64,000 nucleotides of DNA from a virus. A model generated the notes under the pieces. That model was not told where the DNA came from. It saw only the letters and a program-made list of their open reading frames with translations, and ran no database searches. The stretch lies in the IMG/VR virus record IMGVR_UViG_3300005529_000030, positions 1 through 64,000 of that record. One strand, 5' to 3'. Of this stretch, positions 6,619-13,352 are shown piece after piece. Numbering within the stretch: position 1 is the first letter of the stretch; every line of letters starts with the position of its first letter. Position numbers and translations under genes: made by a program.

Positions 6619-6908
6619 TGGCTAGAAATGTAGGTATTCAAGTTTTGCGCGGCATTAAAGCAAATATGCCCATATTGCAAACGGGAGAGTTGTATTTTGC
6701 AACAGATGAAGCTCAGCTTTATGTCGGAACTTCGTCTGGAAATCAGTTAGTTTTGTTGCATCAGTTGGGTGTAGGTAATGGGGGTATTCAGACAGTACGT
6801 GCTCCTCAGAAAGGAACTGGCGACGGGCCGTCTAATCCACGCGATATAGTTGGTTTTTTGAAAATAGTTTTGTCGGGAACTACATATTGGGTTCCTTTAA
6901 TGCAATAA
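6618..6908 (+). CDS. small fibre-like protein with Mtd N-terminal-type domain
   Basis: IQVLRG...GELYFATDEAQLYVG; coupled TAATG junction. Confidence 0.65.
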   Translation: MARNVGIQVLRGIKANMPILQTGELYFATDEAQLYVGTSSGNQLVLLHQLGVGNGGIQTVRAPQKGTGDGPSNPRDIVGFLKIVLSGTTYWVPLMQ

Positions 6909-6911
6909 TTT

Positions 6912-6999
6912 CGAGTCATAGGCGGGTAAATGGAAGCCCTCTGGTTTTGGAAACCAGTGCCTAACGGCCTTGCAGGTTCGAGTCCTGCTGATTCGACCA
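6912..6999 (+). tRNA. tRNA-Pro(TGG) with extended variable arm
   Basis: ctggt-ttTGGaa-accag; variable gcc-taac-ggc; C1:G72, A73. Confidence 0.8.
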
Positions 7000-7008
7000 A
7001 TTTTTAAT

Positions 7009-7087
7009 CGAGAATTAGAGAAGCCTGGTTGTTCTCGCCTGCTTCGGAAGCAGGAGGTCCAAGGTTCAAATCCTTGATTCTCGACCA
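7009..7087 (+). tRNA. tRNA-Pro(CGG)
   Basis: cctgc-ttCGGaa-gcagg, CCA. Confidence 0.85.
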
Positions 7088-7094
7088 ATTTCTG

Positions 7095-7128
7095 ACCCCG
7101 CTGTTTCAAACGGCGGGGTTTTGTATTT
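7095..7128 (+). terminator. rho-independent terminator closing the tRNA array
   Basis: ACCCCGCTGTT-TCA-AACGGCGGGGT followed by TTTGTATTT. Confidence 0.75.
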
Positions 7129-7142
7129 ATAGCGGAGAAAAC

Positions 7143-7520
7143 ATGACAGCAACACAACAGGCTTTGTATTCACAAAATAGTTCTCAGAACGGCTCGACGG
7201 TGGCTACTGCGTGGCCTCAAGTCACTCCCAATGCTGTTGGCGGGCAGAATTTGGATTTGCTTCAGATTGTGGATAATAATGGCGGTAAAGTTCTCTTAAA
7301 TGTTGATTATACAGGAACGGTTCATAACCCTGCATCTAACTTTACAAATGGCACCCGCATCGGACAGTTTTTAACCCACCTAAGTTCGACGGCCACTACC
7401 GCTCAGTTGTTCGCAGATGCTTTTTCTAATCCGTCAAAACTTGATATTTTGCAGGTCATAAACTCTGGCGGAAATATTCACTATTATTTGGATTATTTGG
7501 GTGTAGCTCACGGCAGTTAA
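7143..7520 (+). CDS. putative virion structural protein
   Basis: ATG 7143 after GGAGA; internal repeat LDLLQIV..GG / LDILQVI..GG. Confidence 0.65.
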   Translation: MTATQQALYSQNSSQNGSTVATAWPQVTPNAVGGQNLDLLQIVDNNGGKVLLNVDYTGTVHNPASNFTNGTRIGQFLTHLSSTATTAQLFADAFSNPSKLDILQVINSGGNIHYYLDYLGVAHGS

Positions 7521-7534
7521 TCTGTGAGGCTTTT

Positions 7535-7648
7535 ATGAGCCTTTTACGTTTTATAGCAACAAGGCTTTGCCCTCGTTGCGGACGTGTTTTAGAACAGCGC
7601 GAACACGGTCAAGAAGTTAAATGTGTATGCGGATGGATTTGGAAGTAA
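7535..7648 (+). CDS. 37-aa zinc-ribbon peptide
   Basis: GAGG RBS; CPRCG...CVCGW; directly abuts next ORF (below ORF-track cutoff). Confidence 0.5.
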   Translation: MSLLRFIATRLCPRCGRVLEQREHGQEVKCVCGWIWK

Positions 7649-8941
7649 ATGTCAACCGATAATAAATTGAGAGCTATCGCATTTTTGGGGCAGTATCAGG
7701 CCGCAGGCGTTAATTTACAAGACGGAGAAGTTTGTCCGTTGCAGGTGACGCAAGACGGCAAATTGATTACAAACGCTAGCAGTGCGGCTGTTACAAATGT
7801 AAATATATCTGAAATTGCGGGGTCGCCTGTTACAATATCAAATGCTCTGCCCGTAGAACTTTCGGATGGAACAAATTTATTTGGTAATCCTTCAAATCCC
7901 ATTAGTGAAAACATGGCCCAATGGGGCGGAGCCGCAGTAGGTGCGGCGTCGAATATTTCAGGAGATGGCTCACAGGTTGCCCCATTTTACAGGCCCATTC
8001 CGAGAAGATATGCCTCTATCTCTACTTCTACTCCTTTAGGAGCGGGAGCAAGTTTTGTGTCGGCTTGGGTGGATACTCAGGCAACTGGAGGTAATTGGGT
8101 TGTTTTGCAGCACCGTGCTGATGTTGCCAGCGGGACGGTTTCGATTCAGGGAACAAATGATACATCTGTTCCAAATTTTACAGCAACTCTTAATACTTTA
8201 GGACCTGGCGGAAGTGCGGTTCCAAACACTACTTATACTTGGGGAACCTATATTCCAACTAGGTATTGGCGTGTTAACTATATTAATGGCGGCAGTCCGC
8301 AAACCACATTTAATTTGACGGCCTTTGAGGCAACAGTTCCTCCAAATTTAGTAATTGGCGGAAATGGAAGCCAACCTCAAATTAGTCCAAATCAAGGCAC
8401 TTTATCAATTTCGACAACCGGCGCCATTGTCGTGGCAGCCGGAACGAATGTTTCTGGGGCCACGCCTGATAATATTAGAGAAGATGTTCAAAATTCAGGG
8501 GGCGCGGCCCGCCCTATGGGTTCGGCGCAAATGCTTTTACAATCCGCAGTTGGAACTCCCACTTGGATTGAAGCCCGAACGCCTAGTACATTTAAGACCG
8601 CAATCGCCACGGCGGCAGGAAATACCGCTCTTTGGACTCCAACAGCCGGAAAGAAATTTCGTTTGATGCGATTGGTTTTTCAGCTTACTGGAAATGCGGC
8701 GCAAGCCGCAGCAGGCATATTAACAATAGATTTACGAGACAATGTAACTTCAACAAATATCACTTTTAGTGCGTTTGTTCCGAGTACTGGCGGAATAACA
8801 TTTACTGATGACCATTATACGTATCTTGACCTTGGTAATGGAATTTTATCGGCAGCGGCTAACAATGTTTTGAACATTAATCTTAGCGCCGCTCTTACAT
8901 CAGGGCATGTTCGTATTATTGCAATGGGAACAGAGGAATAA
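7649..8941 (+). CDS. putative virion structural / receptor-binding protein
   Basis: 430 aa, G/S/T/A/N-rich beta-type composition. Confidence 0.65.
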   Translation: MSTDNKLRAIAFLGQYQAAGVNLQDGEVCPLQVTQDGKLITNASSAAVTNVNISEIAGSPVTISNALPVELSDGTNLFGNPSNPISENMAQWGGAAVGAASNISGDGSQVAPFYRPIPRRYASISTSTPLGAGASFVSAWVDTQATGGNWVVLQHRADVASGTVSIQGTNDTSVPNFTATLNTLGPGGSAVPNTTYTWGTYIPTRYWRVNYINGGSPQTTFNLTAFEATVPPNLVIGGNGSQPQISPNQGTLSISTTGAIVVAAGTNVSGATPDNIREDVQNSGGAARPMGSAQMLLQSAVGTPTWIEARTPSTFKTAIATAAGNTALWTPTAGKKFRLMRLVFQLTGNAAQAAAGILTIDLRDNVTSTNITFSAFVPSTGGITFTDDHYTYLDLGNGILSAAANNVLNINLSAALTSGHVRIIAMGTEE

Positions 8942-8943
8942 TA

Positions 8944-9216
8944 ATGGCTACACATACATATGTAGTTAGTTCGGCTTCTTATGTTCCTTTGAACGACCCT
9001 AATGCGGACCCTCTAGTAACTATCGTGGGTACTGTAGACGGTGTGGATGTTACAGTTCAAATTTGGTTGAGTGCCATAAAACAGGCGGCGCAATCGGGCG
9101 GTATGGCAGCCGTAAAAAATTTAATTGCGCCAATTATGTTAAATCAGGCACTTATTAATAATCCGCCTCCGCCGCAGCAGCCAGTTCAATTACCAACCGG
9201 AACTTTTGTTCAATAA
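8944..9216 (+). CDS. hypothetical structural protein
   Basis: Operon spacing, RBS. Confidence 0.6.
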   Translation: MATHTYVVSSASYVPLNDPNADPLVTIVGTVDGVDVTVQIWLSAIKQAAQSGGMAAVKNLIAPIMLNQALINNPPPPQQPVQLPTGTFVQ

Positions 9217-9228
9217 AGAGGATTTATT

Positions 9229-9609
9229 ATGGCTATATCACAAGTGAATATGTCAACTCCAACGAATCAGTTTGTATTCACTGATTCCGTGATGGGAAAT
9301 TCTCCCGATGGAGTTAAAGCATCTAGTGCGGTTTTGTATGGGGTTCGCGCCGATAATTCGGCTAACGGAACTCCCGTTTATGTGAAATTGTATAATGCGA
9401 CTTCAGGAAGCGTTGTTGTGGGCACTACTGCGCCCGATGAAATTATTTATGTCCCAGCCAACTCAGTTGTAACTCGTACATATTTTACTGGCGCTTCGGT
9501 TGGAGTGACTTTTGCAACGGCCCTTACGGCGGCTTGTGTAACTTCGGGAGGAACGGCTGGAACTACATCGCCAGCCCTTTCCGTGTCCGTTTCTATTACA
9601 TACGCATAA
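9229..9609 (+). CDS. putative virion structural protein
   Basis: AGAGGA RBS; YVKLYN...VGTTAPD small jelly-roll-like pattern. Confidence 0.6.
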   Translation: MAISQVNMSTPTNQFVFTDSVMGNSPDGVKASSAVLYGVRADNSANGTPVYVKLYNATSGSVVVGTTAPDEIIYVPANSVVTRTYFTGASVGVTFATALTAACVTSGGTAGTTSPALSVSVSITYA

Positions 9610-9777
9610 TTATTCTTTCGGTTTAACCGAAGAAAATCAACTGTCTTTAAACATTGAGCACTTAGACAGTGTGCTTTAGATTATGCCCATTTAGGGCATT
9701 TTCTATTAAAGCGGCAGGGAGCGAACATCGTAACTCGAATATCGTAGCCTTGTTCGTATATAAAGGAGAAAAACAAA

Positions 9778-10413
9778 ATGGGTGTAATTAAATCGTATCT
9801 TATTAACGGCGGCAACCCCGTAACTGTTGGCGGAGTAGGAACGGCGATTAAGTATTTCGCTAACGTTCCCGGCGCGGCCAATTGGAACAGCGGAGTCAGC
9901 GGAGTTAATGCTGGAGTGAGCGGAGCGCAGACTCAGGGTCAAACTCCAAGTTCTACCAGCAATGCCGGAGGTTTGCAGGTTCCGGGTAATAACGAGTTGA
10001 ACGGCCAATTGTTCCGTGTTACGGCATCTGGAAATATTTTATTCGGTGCGGGCGAAGCTTCTACAACTGGTAAGGTTGGGTTGTATTTGAGCAACGTTGC
10101 AGCCGGAGTTGCTCCTAACTATCAGACAATTCTTGAAGAGACTATTACAAACCAGGCTCAGGACGGAGTTTTCTATCCTTGGACAATTGATGTCTATATG
10201 CAGGGAGACACAAGTTCGGGCTTGTTGCAGTTCTACAAGAATGCGTGGAGCATGATTAACGGCACTGCCACATCGGCGGCTGCTGGTACCCCGATTAGCG
10301 GTATTAGTTTTGCAACCGACCCCGCTTTCGTATTGGTAGTAGGCGTTACATTCGGAGCATCAAACTCTGGAAATAGCGCAAATATGTACCAATTCCAAGT
10401 AAGTTTGCCATAA
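9778..10413 (+). CDS. putative virion structural protein
   Basis: AAGGAG RBS; G/A/S/T-rich 211 aa. Confidence 0.65.
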   Translation: MGVIKSYLINGGNPVTVGGVGTAIKYFANVPGAANWNSGVSGVNAGVSGAQTQGQTPSSTSNAGGLQVPGNNELNGQLFRVTASGNILFGAGEASTTGKVGLYLSNVAAGVAPNYQTILEETITNQAQDGVFYPWTIDVYMQGDTSSGLLQFYKNAWSMINGTATSAAAGTPISGISFATDPAFVLVVGVTFGASNSGNSANMYQFQVSLP

Positions 10414-10426
10414 AAAGTTAGAGACT

Positions 10427-10460
10427 GACGGGGCGCACGGATGAAACGCGCCCCTCGTCA
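10427..10460 (+). terminator. GC-rich hairpin after structural gene
   Basis: TGACGGGGCGC...GCGCCCCTCGTCA; weak U-tail. Confidence 0.4.
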
Positions 10461-10525
10461 TCTAGTCTGTGGAATCCAGAACAGGATGCGCGTGATAGTC
10501 GCGCCAAATTAAACGGGACTTAATT

Positions 10526-10762
10526 ATGGCAGACGAACAGAAACAGTTACGCATAGACGTAACAAACGAAACGGCGTATAAGGTTGGGGTTGTTCAAATG
10601 TTGCAATTACTAGACGACCGAACAGCCTGTTTAGCCGAAATGAAAAAGAAAGTAGATAGGCACGAAACAATCGTTCAGGTTGGGAAATGGGCGTCTATTC
10701 CAATTTTGGGGCTTTTTAATTTAGCAATTAAAAGCATACTTCATAAATTGGGTTGGGGATAA
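10526..10762 (+). CDS. coiled-coil + C-terminal TM small membrane protein
   Basis: Charged N-terminus, single hydrophobic helix. Confidence 0.55.
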   Translation: MADEQKQLRIDVTNETAYKVGVVQMLQLLDDRTACLAEMKKKVDRHETIVQVGKWASIPILGLFNLAIKSILHKLGWG

Positions 10763-10771
10763 GGAGTGTTT

Positions 10772-10954
10772 ATGCCAGCGGTATCACGCGCACAGCAAGC
10801 GGCAATGGCCATTGCTGAACACGAACCAGAAAAATTATATGAACGAAATAAGGGGCTTTTAGAGATGTCTAAAAAGCAGTTGCACGATTTTGCGGCTACT
10901 TCTAGAAAGCATCTTCCTTCCTATGCTCATGCCAGAAAAAAGAGGAACGAATAA
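10772..10954 (+). CDS. DUF3008-like protein
   Basis: MPAVSRAQQ.A...MS..QL.DFAAT.RK.LP. Confidence 0.65.
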   Translation: MPAVSRAQQAAMAIAEHEPEKLYERNKGLLEMSKKQLHDFAATSRKHLPSYAHARKKRNE

Positions 10955-11274
10955 TGGCGGAAAAAAGTTGGCTGAAAAAGATTTCTGCCTTAAAAAGATT
11001 AATTTCTGAAGTAGGTCCTTTGTGGCCTAAAAGCACTCGTCTTTCTGGCTATGCCGAAAGCGGACCCTATCATTGCGAAGATTGCGTTTATTTGAAAGGA
11101 AAGAAAGAAGGCGAAATTTTTGTGGATAAAGAGGGCCAAGGGCGCTGTATGCACCCCGTTGTTATAGCCGACCGAGAAACTAAAAAGGATAAGAATTTTC
11201 TTCCTATCGTTAATATACAAAAAGGCTGTTGTGAATTTGTGGAGCCGCCCGAAGATGAGGAAGAATCGGAGTAA
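10954..11274 (+). CDS. HiPIP-like Cys-motif protein
   Basis: C-E-D-C...GRC...I-x3-GCC-E-F spacing like high-potential Fe-S proteins. Confidence 0.5.
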   Translation: MAEKSWLKKISALKRLISEVGPLWPKSTRLSGYAESGPYHCEDCVYLKGKKEGEIFVDKEGQGRCMHPVVIADRETKKDKNFLPIVNIQKGCCEFVEPPEDEEESE

Positions 11275-11279
11275 TTTAT

Positions 11280-11519
11280 ATGCATGCTAAACATGGATTT
11301 ACAAGAACTACCATAGAACATCATGCGGACGGCAGTTCGACGATAGTACATGAACGCCACGATGGTGAGAAGAAAACTCATGCGGTAGCAGATTTGGATG
11401 GAGTGCACGACTCTTTGGAAGACCATCTAAGAGTTCCCGGCGATGAGGAAGAAGCAATGGAAGAAAAAATCCATCCGGGAATTCATGAAGAGATAAAAGA
11501 AGGTTTAAAACATGGCTAA
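11280..11519 (+). CDS. His/acid-rich small protein (paralog 1)
   Basis: HG..RT.IEHH.DGS....H...HAVA.LD..HDS..DHL. Confidence 0.65.
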   Translation: MHAKHGFTRTTIEHHADGSSTIVHERHDGEKKTHAVADLDGVHDSLEDHLRVPGDEEEAMEEKIHPGIHEEIKEGLKHG

Positions 11520-11802
11520 GAAAAAACACGCTGGCCACGGCTATCATCGTACTCATATTGAGCATCACCATGATGGCTCTGCTACGGTTCATCATGTGCA
11601 TGAAGACGGCCCAGAGCACGACAGAAAGCACGCAGTGGCTAATTTAGACAAAATACACGACAGTATTCAAGACCATTTGGGGCAACCGAATCCAGGGGAA
11701 GCGGAAGCCGACATGGGAAACCACGGCATTCCTGCGGAGCAAGCAACCGCAGCCGGAGTTCCTGTTGTGCCGTCCCAAACGCCTCAAATGCCCGGAGCAT
11801 AA
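11512..11802 (+). CDS. His-rich small protein (paralog 2)
   Basis: Same motif as upstream gene; overlapping stop/start. Confidence 0.65.
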   Translation: MAKKKHAGHGYHRTHIEHHHDGSATVHHVHEDGPEHDRKHAVANLDKIHDSIQDHLGQPNPGEAEADMGNHGIPAEQATAAGVPVVPSQTPQMPGA

Positions 11803-11804
11803 TC

Positions 11805-12005
11805 ATGGCAGATAAAGTTAAAAATCCTTCGTTGTACAGAGCAATGCATCATCTTCGTAAAGGTGGATTGCACAGAGCGTTGCACGTTCCCGAAGGCGAA
11901 CCGATTCCTGAGTCTAAACTAGAGGCGGCAACGCATTCGGAAAACGAGCACGTTCGGCACATGGCCAACTTTGCTAAAACAATGAAGGGGTTTAAAAAGG
12001 GATAA
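11805..12005 (+). CDS. small basic phage protein
   Basis: KGGLHRALHVPEGE.IP.SKL..A...A.FAKT pattern common near phage terminases. Confidence 0.6.
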   Translation: MADKVKNPSLYRAMHHLRKGGLHRALHVPEGEPIPESKLEAATHSENEHVRHMANFAKTMKGFKKG

Positions 12006-12007
12006 GC

Positions 12008-12268
12008 ATGTTTGAAAAATTAAAGATTGGATTTGTTGCATTAACCAATAGAAGCCTAGTGGCTCCAATTTTTAATTTGTTTTCTGGCCGATGCACTTTT
12101 TTTGCGATTGTTTTTACTGTGGTAGGAATCAAGCTCGCTTTAATTGGTAAATTAGATGCAAACTATGCTTTATTTGTAGGCGCAATTCAGTCATTGTTGG
12201 TTTTGCATTCATGGAAAGAGGATATTGCGGAACAAAACGAAATTAAACGTATGAAAAATTCATCCTAG
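12008..12268 (+). CDS. two-TM membrane protein, holin-like
   Basis: Two hydrophobic helices, charged C-terminus. Confidence 0.45.
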   Translation: MFEKLKIGFVALTNRSLVAPIFNLFSGRCTFFAIVFTVVGIKLALIGKLDANYALFVGAIQSLLVLHSWKEDIAEQNEIKRMKNSS

Positions 12269-12276
12269 AGGCAGAG

Positions 12277-12465
12277 ATGTGTAATGAGGAAGCCCTTAAA
12301 AAAGTTATAGGTATTTTGATGTCTCAACTCGAAGAAGAGCGTCAATTAAGGGAAGACCTCGTAAAGTTCTTGATAACGGGAAAATTTTTCATATCATCAA
12401 GAAAAATCATTTCTGAAAAAGATATAGAAAATAAAATTTTGGAGTTGTCGGGAGTCGGGTCGTAA
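12277..12465 (+). CDS. hypothetical protein
   Basis: Operon spacing. Confidence 0.5.
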   Translation: MCNEEALKKVIGILMSQLEEERQLREDLVKFLITGKFFISSRKIISEKDIENKILELSGVGS

Positions 12466-13071
12466 ATGGAAAAGACTGTAGCTTTCATAGTTCGTCATGG
12501 GTCAACCCGTCTTAACGATGAAAACAAATACAGAGGCCAATTGGATGTTCCATTAGACGAACGTGGAAAAAGAGAAGCTAAGGAAGTTGCAGAGTTTCTG
12601 AAAAATCAACCAATAGGACAAGCTTGGACTAGTGATTTAAGACGGGCAAAAGATACGGCAAAAGAAATTCTAAAGGGCCGAGGTTTAAAAGCTATTCCTA
12701 CGGAAAAATTGCGACCTTTGGATTCGGGAAAATTTGCGGGAAAGAGCAAAGACGAATATAAAGAACAGATGGAATATTATCACGAACATCCAGAAGAGAA
12801 AATTCCCGGCGGCGAATCTATTAATGGGGCCAATAATAGGATGAGAAAACCTCTTCTTAAAGCATTTCGCGCGGGATTAAGAGGAAAGCCTAGTCTTGTT
12901 TCGGCACATGCTAGTGTGATACACAGCGCGGGGCACTTGTTGCATAATAACCACAAAGCGGCTTTGGTGAAACCTGGAGGAGCCGTAAAAGTTATTTATG
13001 ATGGAGAGAAATTTAAAGCTCGCCCCATATTTAAAGCTAAGATGGAAGATGAGAAACATTATGCATCTTAA
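12466..13071 (+). CDS. histidine phosphatase (phosphoglycerate mutase family)
   Basis: VRHG, SDLRRA, PGGES, SAH motifs. Confidence 0.85.
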   Translation: MEKTVAFIVRHGSTRLNDENKYRGQLDVPLDERGKREAKEVAEFLKNQPIGQAWTSDLRRAKDTAKEILKGRGLKAIPTEKLRPLDSGKFAGKSKDEYKEQMEYYHEHPEEKIPGGESINGANNRMRKPLLKAFRAGLRGKPSLVSAHASVIHSAGHLLHNNHKAALVKPGGAVKVIYDGEKFKARPIFKAKMEDEKHYAS

Positions 13072-13082
13072 AGAGGTGACAC

Positions 13083-13340
13083 ATGGCAGCTCTCGATAAT
13101 ATAGCATCAAAATTGATGGAAGCAAAAGAAACTCTAAGAAAGGCAAAAGAGTGGGCACCGCCATTGAAGATTGGCACACCGATGGCTCCTAGTGTTCATC
13201 CTAGCTATGCCAACGCGGCCTATTCGGCTGTGAAAGACGCGGCAAGAAAAGCCCTGTCTTCACCGCAAACAGAAAAAGAAGCTAAAGACATAGCATCAGG
13301 AATAAATTGGAGATTGCAACAGCAAAAATCGGTGAAGTAG
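13083..13340 (+). CDS. hypothetical protein
   Basis: GAGGT RBS; precedes terminase. Confidence 0.55.
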   Translation: MAALDNIASKLMEAKETLRKAKEWAPPLKIGTPMAPSVHPSYANAAYSAVKDAARKALSSPQTEKEAKDIASGINWRLQQQKSVK

Positions 13341-13352
13341 AGAAGGTAAACA

